NCBI GenBank assembly: GCA_002269645.1
Contig: NIVC01002683.1
Span: 85,998-149,997, forward strand
Source: Macrostomum lignano
Lineage: Eukaryota
DNA: 64,000 bases
Direction: 5' to 3'
Within the stretch, counting starts at the first letter, position 1. Every line of letters starts with the position of its first letter. A program made the translations under genes and the position numbers. Positions 12,642 through 25,704 of this stretch are shown one piece after another. Below the pieces are notes generated by a model. The model searched no databases. It had not been told where the DNA came from and worked only from the letters and a program-made list of their open reading frames with translations.

Positions 12642-12866
12642 CAGATGAAACTCAGCCTAGTGGGCAGGCCCAATCTGACTCAGCCAATGAGAGAGCAGTT
12701 AGGAAAGAGGGTCAAAGTCAGACGGACGAAACTGAGCCTAGGGGGGGCAGGCCCAATCTAGCTCAGCCAATGAGAGAGCAGTTAGGAAAGAGCGTCAAAG
12801 TCAGACGGACGAAACTGAGCCTAGGGGGGGCAGGCCCAATCTAGCTCAGCCAATGAGAGAGCAGCA
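12642..12866. repeat. ~82-bp tandem repeat (about 2.7 copies), each with CAGCCAATGAGAG
   Basis: Units start near 12648, 12729 and 12812. Confidence 0.85.
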
Positions 12867-14061
12867 AAGAAGAGAGGTCAGTCAAGCGGGCAAAAGAAAA
12901 GCCAAACTTTTTATCGGTCTGGTAGTGGCTGGGGCGCCACTTTTTGTTTGCCTACCTTTAGTCCGTCATCAATAAATTTATTTCAAATGCGACCAATTTT
13001 AAGTGGAGTTGGTAAAACAGGGCAAGGATGCCAACTTAACGGGGCTGCTTGTAAGAAGCTAGAGGTTATTTTTGCGGCTTCAAACACTTTCAATATCTTG
13101 TAAAATTTATTACATTTTTATTAGATTAATATCAAAAAGGAAAATATGTCATTTTTGCTACTGAAAATAGTAGATGTGCGCATTTTTGCATGACATGTCT
13201 AGCTATTCTATTAATTAACTGTGGTTCAAACAATAAATACCTTCTAAAAACAATAAGAATTCTTGTGATTGTATTAAAGTTTAAAAATCCAATAATTTTT
13301 TACATTTTTATGATTTCGTTCAATTTCACTTTTAAACAGAAAAAGATATTGGTAACTGGTCAGTCTGTTACAATCTGACTAACAAGATCCTAAATTTGCA
13401 TGTATTTTTGACACTATATTCTCGTTTAATTTAGCCTGATAACGTGTGAAGAGTTCATATTGTACGAGTATCTGCATGCAGAAGAGTGTTCAATATGTAC
13501 ATATGAGCTATAACTGTACAGTTAATCTGGTGGCCGCATACAGTATTCTAAAAGCATTTTGCATGGAGCTAAGATATCAAACGACAATAAATATCGAACG
13601 TACACATTAAAATTGAAATTTATAGTACATTTACTTCTACATGTAAATGATTTTACTGTGTACATGTCTATCAATAGTGGCCTTGGTTCAAGTACAAGTC
13701 ACAAATTATGTACAGTTACATGCAAATCATTTTTCTCCAATGCATTATGGGGATTAGTGCAGCCTTTTACAGCTCGTTACAATCCCTCAAAAAGCTCGCT
13801 TACATGTACAAGGTACAGCATAGTAGCTCTCCTACAATTAATATCTCTATTCAGCACCCTGTTTTATTATTTAAAGGTGCCTGTAAATTAGTCTTGTCCC
13901 ACGACCCACAGTTACGAGCTATTCCAACGACGTAATCCTTTCCCTTGCGTACCGCTGACTAATTCTTAGGTCAAGCTTGCCTATAAGTAGTTTGAGAAAG
14001 TTTCTCCTATATAGCTCTCTTATTGATATAGCTCGTAGGTCTCAACTCCCTTACAAGTTTA

Positions 14062-17000
14062 AGCTATCTCCCTCACAGCTCACTCCCTTGCAGCTCTCCC
14101 CTACAGCTGTCTCCCTCACAGCTCACTCCCTTGCAGCTCTCCCCTACAGCTGTCTCCCTCACAGCTCACTCCCTTGCAGCTCTCCCCTACAGCTGTCTCC
14201 CTCACAGCTCACTCCCTTGCAGCTCTCCCCTACAGCTGTCTCCCTCACAGCTCACTCCCTTGCAGCTCTCCCCTACAGCTGTCTCCCTCACAGCTCACTC
14301 CCTTGCAGCTCTCCCCTACAGCTGTCTCCCTCACAGCTCACTCCCTTGCAGCTCTCCCCTACAGCTGTCTCCCTCACAGCTCACTCCCTTGCAGCTCTCC
14401 CCTACAGCTGTCTCCCTCACAGCTCACTCCCTTGCAGCTCTCCCCTACAGCTGTCTCCCTCACAGCTCTCCCCTACAGCTGTCTCCCTTACAGCTCACTC
14501 CCTTGCAGCTCTCCCCTACAGCTGTCTCCCTCACAGCTCTCCCCAACAGCTGTCTCCTTCACAGCTGTCTCCCTCACAGCTCTCCCCTACAGCTGTCTCC
14601 CTCACAGCTCACTCCCTTGCAGCTCTCCCCTACAGCTGTCTCCCTCACAGCTCACTCCCTTGCAGCTCTCCCCTACAGCTGTCTCCCTCACAGCTCTCTC
14701 CCTCACAGCTCTCTCCCTTACAGCTCTCTCCTACAGCTGTCTCCCTTACAGCTCTCTCCTACAGCTGTCTCCCTTACAGCTCTCTCCCTTACAGCTGTCT
14801 CCCTTACAGCTGTCTCCCTTACAGCTCACTCCCTTGCAGCTCTCCCCTACAGCTGTCTCCCTCACAGCTCACTCCCTTGCAGCTCTCCCCTACAGCTGTC
14901 TCCCTCACAGCTCTCCCCTACAGCTGTCTCCTTCACAGCTCTCTCCCTTGCAGCTCTCCCCTACAGCTGTCTCCCTCACAGCTCACTCCCTTGCAGCTCT
15001 CCCCTACAGCTGTCTCCCTCACAGCTCTCCCCAACAGCTGTCTCCTTCACAGCTCTCTCCCTTGCAGCTCTCCCCTACAGCTGTCTCCCTCACAGCTCAC
15101 TCCCTTGCAGCTCTCCCCTACAGCTGTCTCCCTCACAGCTCACTCCCTTGCAGCTCTCCCCTACAGCTGTCTCCCTCACAGCTCTCTCCCTCACAGCTCT
15201 CTCCCTTACAGCTCTCTCCTACAGCTGTCTCCCTTACAGCTCTCTCCCTTACAGCTGTCTCCCTTACAGCTGTCTCCCTTACAGCTCACTCCCTTGCAGC
15301 TCTCCCCTACAGCTGTCTCCCTCACAGCTCACTCCCTTGCAGCTCTCCCCTACAGCTGTCTCCCTCATAGCTCTCCCCTACAGCTGTCTCCCTCACAGCT
15401 CTCTCCCTCACAGCTCTCTCCCTTACAGCTCTCTCCTACAGCTGTCTCCCTTACAGCTCTCTCCCTTACAGCTGTCTCCCTTACAGCTGTCTCCCTTACA
15501 GCTCACTCCCTTGCAGCTCTCCCCTACAGCTGTCTCCCTCACAGCTCACTCCCTTGCAGCTCTCCCTACAGCTGTCTCCCTCACAGCTCTCTCCCTCACA
15601 GCTCTCTCCCTTACAGCTCTCTCCTACAGCTGTCTCCCTCACAGCTCACTCCCTTGCAGCTCTCCCCTACAGCTGTCTCCCTCACAGCTCTCCCCTACAG
15701 CTGTCTCCCTTACAGCTCACTCCCTTGCAGCTCTCCCCTACAGCTGTCTCCCTCACAGCTCTCCCCAACAGCTGTCTCCTTCACAGCTCTCTCCCTTGCA
15801 GCTCTCCCCTACAGCTGTCTCCCTCACAGCTCACTCCCTTGCAGCTCTCCCCTACAGCTGTCTCCCTCACAGCTCTCCCCTACAGCTGTCTCCCTTACAG
15901 CTCACTCCCTTGCAGCTCTCCCCTACAGCTGTCTCCCTCACAGCTCTCCCCAACAGCTGTCTCCTTCACAGCTCTCTCCCTTGCAGCTCTCCCCTACAGC
16001 TGTCTCCCTCACAGCTCACTCCCTTGCAGCTCTCCCCTACAGCTGTCTCCCTCACAGCTCTCTCCCTCACAGCTCTCTCCCTTACAGCTCTCTCCCTTAC
16101 AGCTCTCTCCCTTACAGCTGTCTCCCTTACAGCTCACTCCCTTGCAGCTCTCCCCTACAGCTGTCTCCCTCACAGCTCACTCCCTTGCAGCTCTCCCCTA
16201 CAGCTGTCTCCCTCACAGCTCTCCCCTACAGCTGTCTCCCTTACAGCTCACTCCCTTGCAGCTCTCCCCTACAGCTGTCTCCCTCACAGCTCTCCCCAAC
16301 AGATGTCTCCTTCACAGCTCTCTCCCTTGCAGCTCTCCCTACAGCTGTATCCCTCACAGCTCACTCCCTTGCAGCTCTCCCCTACAGCTGTCTCCCTCAC
16401 AGCTCACTCCCTTGCAGCTCTCCCCTACAGCTGTCTCCCTCACAGCTCACTCCCTTGCAGCTCTCCCCTACAGCTGTCTCCCTCACAGCTCTCTCCCTCA
16501 CAGCTCTCTCCCTTACAGCTCTCTCCTACAGCTGTCTCCCTTACAGCTCTCTCCCTTACAGCTGTCTCCCTTACAGCTGTCTCCCTTACAGCTCACTCCC
16601 TTGCAGCTCTCCCCTACAGCTGTCTCCCTCACAGCTCACTCCCTTGCAGCTCTCCCCTACAGCTGTCTCCCTCACAGCTCTCCCCTACAGCTGTCTCCCT
16701 TACAGCTCACTCCCTTGCAGCTCTCCCCTACAGCTGTCTCCCTCACAGCTCTCCCCAACAGCTGTCTCCTTCACAGCTCTCTCCCTTGCAGCTCTCCCCT
16801 ACAGCTGTCTCCCTCACAGCTCACTCCCTTGCAGCTCTCCCCTACAGCTGTCTCCCTCACAGCTCTCCCCTACAGCTGTCTCCCTTACAGCTCACTCCCT
16901 TGCAGCTCTCCCCTACAGCTGTCTCCCTCACAGCTCTCCCCAACAGCTGTCTCCTTCACAGCTCTCTCCCTTGCAGCTCTCCCCTACAGCTGTCTCCCTC

Positions 17001-17830
17001 ACAGCTCACTCCCTTGCAGCTCTCCCCTACAGCTGTCTCCCTCACAGCTCTCTCCCTCACAGCTCTCTCCCTTACAGCTCTCTCCCTTACAGCTCTCTCC
17101 TACAGCTGTCTCCCTTACAGCTCTCTCCCTTACAGCTGTCTCCCTTACAGCTCACTCCCTTGCAGCTCTCCCCTACAGCTGTCTCCCTCACAGCTCACTC
17201 CCTTGCAGCTCTCCCCTACAGCTGTCTCCCTCACAGCTCTCCCCTACAGCTGTCTCCCTTACAGCTCACTCCCTTGCAGCTCTCCCCTACAGCTGTCTCC
17301 CTCACAGCTCTCCCCAACAGATGTCTCCTTCACAGCTCTCTCCCTTGCAGCTCTCCCCTACAGCTGTATCCCTCACAGCTCACTCCCTTGCAGCTCTCCC
17401 CTACAGCTGTCTCCCTCACAGCTCACTCCCTTGCAGCTCTCCCCTACAGCTGTCTCCCTCACAGCTCACTCCCTTGCAGCTCTCCCCTACAGCTGTCTCC
17501 CTCACAGCTCTCTCCCTCACAGCTCTCTCCCTTACAGCTCTCTCCTACAGCTGTCTCCCTTACAGCTCTCTCCCTTACAGCTGTCTCCCTTACAGCTGTC
17601 TCCCTTACAGCTCACTCCCTTGCAGCTCTCCCCTACAGCTGTCTCCCTCACAGCTCACTCCCTTGCAGCTCTCCCCTACAGCTGTCTCCCTCACAGCTCT
17701 CCCCTACAGCTGTCTCCCTTACAGCTCACTCCCTTGCAGCTCTCCCCTACAGCTCTCTCCCTTACAGTTCTCTCCCTCACAGCTCTCTCCCATACAGCTC
17801 TCTCCTACGGACCTCTCCTACAGCTGCCTC
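14062..17830. repeat. CT-rich compound satellite built from 12-15-bp CAGCT-delimited words
   Basis: Words such as CAGCTCACTCCCTTG, CAGCTCTCCCCTA and CAGCTGTCTCCCTCA repeated over ~3.8 kb. Confidence 0.97.
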
Positions 17831-18105
17831 TCCTTTACAGCTCTCCGGGCTACAGGTACCAGTACTTTCGCACTACAGTCGTACAGTCACAGTTGACTCT
17901 CACACCACCAATTATACGCTTCGTATACAAACGAGCGAACAAAATCACAACAAAACAACAAAATCACAAGTATAATACATTATGCTTTAATATCGTTCGA
18001 TCTGTCAACCTTAAAATTTCAGCTCAAATCGTATTCATTTTTCCTCGAAAATAATCTACATTACTTATCTAAACCTATACTAATTCTAAAGTAAAAACAC
18101 AAATA

Positions 18106-18612
18106 ATGGACGACGTTGTCTCCTGGGTTCGCTCCAACGACGCTATTCGAGTCCGCCATTGGCTGGACGATCCACAGCACGATCCGTCCTGGACAGACGA
18201 CCACCAATTCACCCTGCTGCACTGGGCCGCCTGGGAGGGACACATCGGACTCGCCGACATGCTGGCAACTCGCGGCGGCGGCGGTGTGGACGCCAAGAAC
18301 GCTGGCGGAGACACGCCGTTGCACGCTGCCGCGTCGCACGGGCACTCCCAGCTGGTTCGTCGCCTTCTGCAGCTTCGAGCTCAAGTCGACGCCACGAATG
18401 AGCACGGCAACACACCGCTGCACTATGCTTGCTTTAACAATTATCCTGAGACAGCGCTGGAGCTGCTGATGGCGACTGCTGCCGCTGGTCGGAGCGGTTC
18501 GACGCCTGCGACGCCTCTGGGTCGGGAGAATCGCTACGGCCAAGCGCCCATCGATTTGGCCCGGCAGAGTTTGGCTGTGGAGCTGAAAAATGCGGCAGTC
18601 AGTCTGGGATTG
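18106..18612 (+). CDS. ILK: Integrin-linked kinase-like, exon 1 (ankyrin repeats)
   Basis: MDDV...WLDD...DDHQFTLLHWAA...GDTPLHAAASHGH...DATNEHGNTPLHYACF parallels the ILK N-terminus; donor TTG|GTGAGG, phase 0. Confidence 0.9.
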
Positions 18613-18655
18613 GTGAGGCTTTGAGGAGAATTGACGCTATTGCAGTTTGAGAGGA

Positions 18656-18922
18656 TGCACCAGGGGCTTTAGCACCAGGGGTTTTAGCACCAGGGGCTTT
18701 AGCACCAGGGGCTTTAGCACCAGGGGCTTTAGCACCAGGGGCTTTAGCACCAGGGGCTTTAGCACCAGGGGCTTTAGCACCAGGGGCTTTAGCACCAGGG
18801 GCTTTAGCACCAGGGGCTTTAGCACCAGGGGCTTTAGCACCAGGGGCTTTAGCACCAGGGGCTTTAGCACCAGGGGCTTTAGCACCAGGGGCTTTAGCAC
18901 CAGAGGTGGCAGCACCAGGGGC
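18656..18922. repeat. 15-bp intronic minisatellite (GCACCAGGGGCTTTA)
   Basis: About 17 copies in ILK intron 1. Confidence 0.95.
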
Positions 18923-18988
18923 GCCAGCCCTTGTCCTAATTCTTTTGAAAGCAACAGACAACAAGCACCATCCCCAAATCGCACGCAG

Positions 18989-19468
18989 GACCCCGACCGT
19001 CGTCAGCCGTGGTTTCCAACATCCGTCAGCAGTTCTGACAGTTTCGCCACACTCGGCCGCAGCATCCTAGTTAGCCGGCAGCAGAGCGGAGTCACCTCGT
19101 CGAATCGATCAACCGAGAATCTGGCAGTCGACTGTCGATCTCCGGAGCCTCCGCTGTCGCCAGCCGCCAACCTGACCGGGCCGCCAACTCTGCTGAATCG
19201 TCAGATCAGCCGGCAGCTCGGCAAGCAGCTGCGCCTGATCCGGCCGATGTCGATCGCTAGCAGCGGATTTGTCGGCGTCGGCGGCGGTCGCTCGCAGCTT
19301 TGGCTCGGCGTCTGGCTGGGTGACCAAGCGGTCGCCGAAGCGCAAGTGGCTGTCCGAGTCTACCGGCTGATGCACAATGTCGCAGTCGACATGACAGAGC
19401 GAGTGGCTCGGCTGAGACGGGAATTGACTCAGCTGGCTCCCAAGCTGCGGGTGCTCAACTGTCCGCAG
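18989..19468 (+). CDS. ILK: ILK-like exon 2 (linker and kinase N-lobe)
   Basis: Acceptor CGCAG|GAC keeps phase 0; SQLWLGVWLGDQAVAEAQVAVRV...LRVLNCPQ parallels GELWKGRWQGNDIVVKV...LRIFSHPN; donor CAG|GTGATG. The acceptor choice is inferred. Confidence 0.75.
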
Positions 19469-19914
19469 GTGATGCAGCTGCACTTGAAAGACGTGCAAAT
19501 TTTGGTCTGAATTCGTTTCCAAATGGGACGATAGGAAGTTTCCAGTGTTTTTTTAGCACAAAGTTCTTAAATATGTCAGCTTCTGGACTTCTGGTTTACC
19601 ATATGAAGCAAGTGTTTGTAGGGCTGTCCAGTCCAAGGACCTGGGAGATCGCCACACACCCTCAATTACCCCAGCTAATGCTGGCACCCAGTTTACAGCT
19701 GGGTGAACTGAAGCAATGCATAGAGTTGCACAAATTGTTTCCGAGTGGGTCGAGGATCGAACCCCCGGACTTTTCAGTCGTGGGGTTCGCTTAGATATTC
19801 AGTTCTAACGAAGAAACTGAAAACTTCCTGTCTCGTTAATGCATTTCGTAGCCTATATGCACTACATGTTGCTACCTACATGCATGCCGAATAATGCTCC
19901 CTATTTAATTCCAG

Positions 19915-20062
19915 ATCCAACCACTTCTAGCCGCGAATGTTGTCGATGGTGTAGACGGAGGCAATCATAGCGGCGGACCCCGGCTGACTCTTGTTAGCGG
20001 CTATTTGCAACTTGGCTCGCTCTATTGGCTGCTGCATGGCAACAAGCAGGGAGAAATAATAG
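19915..20062 (+). CDS. ILK: ILK-like exon 3
   Basis: TTCCAG|ATC; IQPLLA...LTLVSGYLQLGSLYWLLHG parallels VLPVLG...TLITHWMPYGSLYNVLHE; donor G|GTGATG, phase 1. Confidence 0.85.
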
Positions 20063-20186
20063 GTGATGAAATTTTATGCCAATAATTCATTTACAATAAT
20101 ACTTACGTCGTATACCCGTTTTTGATGGCGGGTTGCTTTCACAAGCTCGAAATTTCACAACCTCGAAAATTTACTGTCTATCTTAG

Positions 20187-20805
<619 letters not shown>

Positions 20806-21052
20806 GTCAGTCTGAGCTTAACCCACAGTTTCGAGGATTCGAGTTTCGAGGAAATTTCGAGCTTGAAGTCGGCTGCTGAAATTTTCGAGGTTATGAAATT
20901 TCGAGTTTGTGAAGCGACCCCATCAAGAACAACCCATCGGAAATAATTTTCTCAGAAAAAATAGTGTTGCTATTTTTAGAAATGACAGATGGGGAACACC
21001 CTTAGTTAACCTGACCCTAATCACGTGACTAACCTTACCCAATAAGATTTTT

Positions 21053-21387
<335 letters not shown>

Positions 21388-21412
21388 GAAATATTTAATA
21401 AAAATCTTTCAG

Positions 21413-21528
21413 AGATTGACAAGCTGAGAATAGCCAAGTTTGCTTTGGACATCGCCACAGGAATGGACTATCTGAGTCGCATGGATCCGCCATTGGGCTG
21501 CTATCAGTTGAATTCTAAGTCTATAGTG
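21413..21528 (+). CDS. ILK: ILK-like exon 4
   Basis: TTTCAG|AG phase 1; AKFALDIATGMDYL...LNSKSIV parallels VKFALDMARGMAFL...LNSRSVM; donor GTG|GTTAGT. Confidence 0.9.
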
Positions 21529-21679
21529 GTTAGTTCGACAGTGCCATTTGTCAATTTAATTTTTTGTTTAGGTATATGCTTGTATGTAAGTAAAATATGC
21601 ATTTCCTTAGTAAATGTAGTCTGTGTTAAAAATTGAAGTACGTAGAATTGTAGAGTAGTTAGGGTTTTGAGTAGGTTAG

Positions 21680-22062
21680 ATTGTAGAAATTAGTCATGGT
21701 AGATTGTAGAAATCAGTCATGGTAGATTGTAGAAATCAGTCATGGTAGATTGTAGAAATCAGTCATGGTAGATTGTAGAAATCAGTCATGGTAGATTTTA
21801 GAAATCAGTGATGCAGTAGATTGTAGAAATCAGTCATGGTAGATTTTAGAAATCGGTCATGCAGTAGATTGTAGAAATCAGTCATGGTAGATTGTAGAAA
21901 TTAGTCATGGTAGATTGTAGAAATCAGTCATGGTAGATTTTAGAAATCAGTCATGCAGTAGATTGTAGAAATCAGTCATGGTAGATTGTAGAAATTAGTC
22001 ATGGTAGATTGTAGAAATCAGTCATGGTAGATTTTAGAAATCAGTCATGCAGTAGATTGTAG
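21680..22062. repeat. 23-25-bp minisatellite (GTAGATTGTAGAAATCAGTCATG) in ILK intron 4
   Basis: About 15 copies. Confidence 0.95.
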
Positions 22063-22198
22063 AGTGAGTTAGTGGATTTGAAGTGGATTCAATTTGTGAC
22101 TAAATTATACCGCTGTACTGAATTCCAAGTTACCCAGATACTCCAGAACCCAGAACCCCTCAAAAAACCTGCCGACAACCCCTCCCCACCTGCAACAG

Positions 22199-22669
22199 AT
22201 CGACGACAACCTGACAGCTAAACTAAGCCTGTCGAACTGCCGTTTTCCAGTTGGTCCCGGTGGTCTCCGAGGCGGCAGCCTTCAGCAGCGACAGCCAGCT
22301 TGGCAGTCACCTGAATCGCTTGCCAACCCTGAGGAGAATGTCAACACTGCAGCCGCGCACATGTGGAGCTATGGAGTGTTGCTATGGGAACTGGGAACCC
22401 AACAGGTGCCATTCTCTGGCTTATTGCCAATGGAAGTAGGACTGCTGATTGCCAGTAAAGGCTTGCGACTGCCCGTTGAAGCTCTGGATAAGACGGCCGG
22501 AGCTGCCGCGGCAGCTGGACAAACCGGCGATGGAGCTGCTCGATGGATGGCTCGACTGTTTGCCATGGCAACTAATGAGCTTCCGGGATCGAGGCCCAGA
22601 TTCCAAGCGTTGCTACCTGTATTGGCTAAAATTGCGATTGCCGCGGAGAGGTCAACAGAGGCTTCTTGA
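22199..22669 (+). CDS. ILK: ILK-like exon 5 (pseudokinase C-lobe)
   Basis: CAACAG|ATC; IDDNLTAKLS...PAWQSPESL...AHMWSYGVLLWELGTQQVPF...MEVGLLIASKGLR...NELPGSRPRF parallels the ILK C-lobe; TGA at 22667-69. Confidence 0.9.
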   Translation: MDDNLTAKLSLSNCRFPVGPGGLRGGSLQQRQPAWQSPESLANPEENVNTAAAHMWSYGVLLWELGTQQVPFSGLLPMEVGLLIASKGLRLPVEALDKTAGAAAAAGQTGDGAARWMARLFAMATNELPGSRPRFQALLPVLAKIAIAAERSTEAS

Positions 22670-23509
22670 GAAGGTATACTAGGATCGGCAAGGGGGGGGG
22701 GTTCATTTCATAGGGGGTTTCTTCGAAGTCTATTTTTAGAAAAGTATCGATTGCCTACAAAGAAGCCGATCAAAGTGGAGAATGTTCTGTGGCTGTCACA
22801 GAACAGCACTCGGCCATTGACTATAAAATCAAATAGGCAACTATATGTAGGTGCTCTGCAGAAAGAAAAGTCCCAAAAAACAACTGCTTTACCTTAATGT
22901 ACGTTTGCACTACTCACCGTAAGTAGCTACTAGTAGGTCAAAAATTTGAATGGGAACTGAATCAAAAAGAAATAAACTGGACATATTTCATTGATTTTTT
23001 TTCACTAAATACGTTATTTGATGAGCTACTCAAGTTTCTTATGTAGTTTTTGTTTTAATTAGAAGCACTCCACGCTTGCAATACCGTTTGGTGCAATAAT
23101 TACATATCCTTGGAAATCGCAGCCAAATTTTTATTCAATTGACTTTTTTGAATCTTCCATACTTTTTATGACGAATTTTTTTCAAGTTTTTGACACTGTT
23201 TGCTATTTTCATAACGCATTAAAAATTCAAGATTTTTATACGATTTTTGAGAAGCTCAATCGCTCAATACTGTTTTTATGCTCGTAGAAATTTTCTGCAA
23301 TAATTTTTTTCTATATTACAAAATGCAGCCCGCATTAGTTATAATCATTTATATTCCAGATTTTTCATGAAGTTTTAATGATGCAATATATTTTAAGCTT
23401 TTAACTAGCAGCTCTAGATAACTTATGCGATATTAACTATTTTAAACAGCATGATTTAGAAAGATTTATCTGGATATTGGAGTTACATAATTCATTTTAC
23501 TCTCAAATA

Positions 23510-24015
23510 TATTCGGACCCAAACTTATTCCGGACACAAACTTATTCCGGACACAAACTTATTCCGGACACAAACTTTTTCCGGACATAAACTTATTCCG
23601 GACACAAAATTTTTCCGGACACAAACTTATTCTGGACACAAACTTATTCCGGACACAAACCTACTACGGACAAAAACCTATTCCGGACACAACCATATTC
23701 AGAATCAGACACAAATCTATTCGGACACAAATCTATTCGGACACAAATCTATTCGGACACAAAACTATTTCGGACACAATTCAGTTCAGATACAAAGCTT
23801 TTTGGACGCAAAGCTTGTCGGACACGAACCTATTCTGGACACAAACCTTTTCGGACACAAACCTATTCGGACACAGTTTTTTCGGACACAAAGATATTCG
23901 AATAGAAACCTATTTAAACAGAAGGCCAGTAGGGCACAAAGCTATTCGGACACAAAGCTATTCGGACACAAAACTCGGACACAAAAATCTTGGAACTGAA
24001 ACCTATTCGGATACA
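23510..24015. repeat. ~19-20-bp degenerate minisatellite (CGGACACAAACTTATTC)
   Basis: Repeated CGGACACAAA core. Confidence 0.9.
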
Positions 24016-24196
24016 AAATAATCAATCAAAGAGCCGTTCGGAAAAATCAACCAATGCGGACAGTTGAACGCATTCGGCCAAAAAAGGACTTGTGTTAACC
24101 TCAACAGCGTTGGTATATCTTGCACTGCAGAACGCTGCACACAGTCTCTCGCAGGGCCGCTTGCATTCTGGCCGCCGTGCCCAAGTGCACAGCCTC

Positions 24197-24946
24197 TCAC
24201 AGCTCCATCGCTCGAAACAATTCTCTAAAAGCGTTCCAGACTCGCCAATTAAACTTGGCCGAACAATCGGCGTAGTGACATTTCCAGCGCTTGCGGACGG
24301 CGTAGCCGGGCGATCCGTTGCGACCCTGCAGTTCGCCTCCGTCAGCAAGGATCAAGTCGACCTTGTTGCCAAGCACCAATACTGGAGCCGATATGCCGCG
24401 TTCCAGCATTTGAAAACGAATTCGCCGGGCCTTGTGGAAGCTCGACTCGTCGTTGAGGTCGAACACCAGCAGGTATGCGTTGGCTGAGCACAAGCCGAAG
24501 CCGCTCAGTTGGCTTGAGAATTCGTTGGACCTATCGACTGGAAAGTCGTCAATGGGCGGACAATCAACCAAGCAGGTGTCGAATGCTCTCTCATTCACTA
24601 CAATCGTTGGATAATGAATATTTGGACGAACTGTTGAAGTGTACACCTCGGGTGATGCGTAGTTGACGAATTGTTCAACTAGAGTTGTCTTGCCAACTCC
24701 GCGAGGTCCCAGCACAACCAGAAGAATGCGTTGCACCACCCGAGCTCGAAGTCTGGCCCGATTGTCGATTACCGAATACGCGGTGTTTGCGACTGATGAT
24801 GCAACTCCCGACACGGTGACAGGGGCGTGTTGCTGGGGCTGCCCAGCACCCCACAGTCGGTAATTGCCAAATGGTAGCGTTCTTTGCATTGTGTTGCATG
24901 AAGTTTTATGCGTATGAGATGCAAAATAGAGACAGCAATTGAGCAT
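24197..24946 (-). CDS. RASL10: Ras-like small GTPase, RASL10 family; in-frame TGA precedes a conserved tail extending to 24101
   Basis: VLGPRGVGKT (G1), LVDCPPIDDFP, AYLLVFDL, VLGNKVDL (G4), VRKRWKCHYADCSAKFNW match RASL10-specific DFPPISAFP and VRKTWKCGYVECSAKYNW; start Met uncertain (24946 or MQRTLP). Confidence 0.88.
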   Translation of the reverse strand: MLNCCLYFASHTHKTSCNTMQRTLPFGNYRLWGAGQPQQHAPVTVSGVASSVANTAYSVIDNRARLRARVVQRILLVVLGPRGVGKTTLVEQFVNYASPEVYTSTVRPNIHYPTIVVNERAFDTCLVDCPPIDDFPVDRSNEFSSQLSGFGLCSANAYLLVFDLNDESSFHKARRIRFQMLERGISAPVLVLGNKVDLILADGGELQGRNGSPGYAVRKRWKCHYADCSAKFNWRVWNAFRELFRAMEL

Positions 24947-25077
24947 GGCGCTACTATATAATACTTTTGCAGAGTCAATAAAAATTTATGAGACCTTATT
25001 TCCAGCCAATAATTTTGAAGGCAACAAAACTCCAATTTTTGAGGTCTTCAAATTTCTCTAGCTCGCAGGATACTCTA

Positions 25078-25468
25078 GCTTTCCAGCCAGACATTTACCA
25101 GCCTTTTTCTAGCCAGACATTTAACAGCTTTATCCAGCCAGACATTTACCAGCCTTTTTCTAGCCAGACATTTACCAGCCTTTTTCTAGCCAGACATTTA
25201 CCAGCCTTTTTCCAGCCAGACATTTACCAGCCTTTTTCCAGCCAGACATTTACCAGCCTTTTTCTAGCCAGACATTTACCAGCCTTTTTCTAGCCAGACA
25301 TTTACCAGCCTTTTTCCAGCCAGACATTTACCAGCCTTTTTCCAGCCAGACATTTACCAGCCATTTTCCAGCCAGACATTTACCAGCCTTTTTCCAGCCA
25401 GACATTTACCAGCCTTTTTCCAGCCAGACATTTACCAGCCTTTATCCAGCCAGACATTTACCAGCCAG
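25078..25468. repeat. 25-26-bp minisatellite (CAGCCAGACATTTACCAGCCTTTTTC)
   Basis: About 15 copies. Confidence 0.95.
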
Positions 25469-25669
25469 CCCCTTGTCAGACAGCTAGCCATTTGCCAGCG
25501 ATATCCCCTAGATTCACAAGAATGTAGAGTTCAATAGAGTTCAACACATGTACAGCTGCATGTACATCTTATTACACATTAACATCTACGGTGACATTTC
25601 TATGTACTTTACATCAATTTACATGTATGTAGAGCATGCGATATGTACATGAACACGTGTACGGTGTAG

Positions 25670-25704
<35 letters not shown>

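Noticed and set aside
13977-18054. Four very long plus-strand ORFs (up to 1332 aa)
   Set aside because: They translate the CAGCT satellite; all three frames are open because the CT-rich words contain no stop codons, and the starts are TTG near-cognates
18647-18988. GFSTR-repeat N-terminus of the 287-aa ORF
   Set aside because: Intronic 15-bp repeat; only the part from 18989 matches ILK
24000-24100. SECIS element that would make the RASL10 UGA a selenocysteine
   Set aside because: No AUGA...AA...GA kink-turn hairpin is evident by eye in the 3' flank, and the UGA aligns to Ala rather than Cys; a SECIS search was not run
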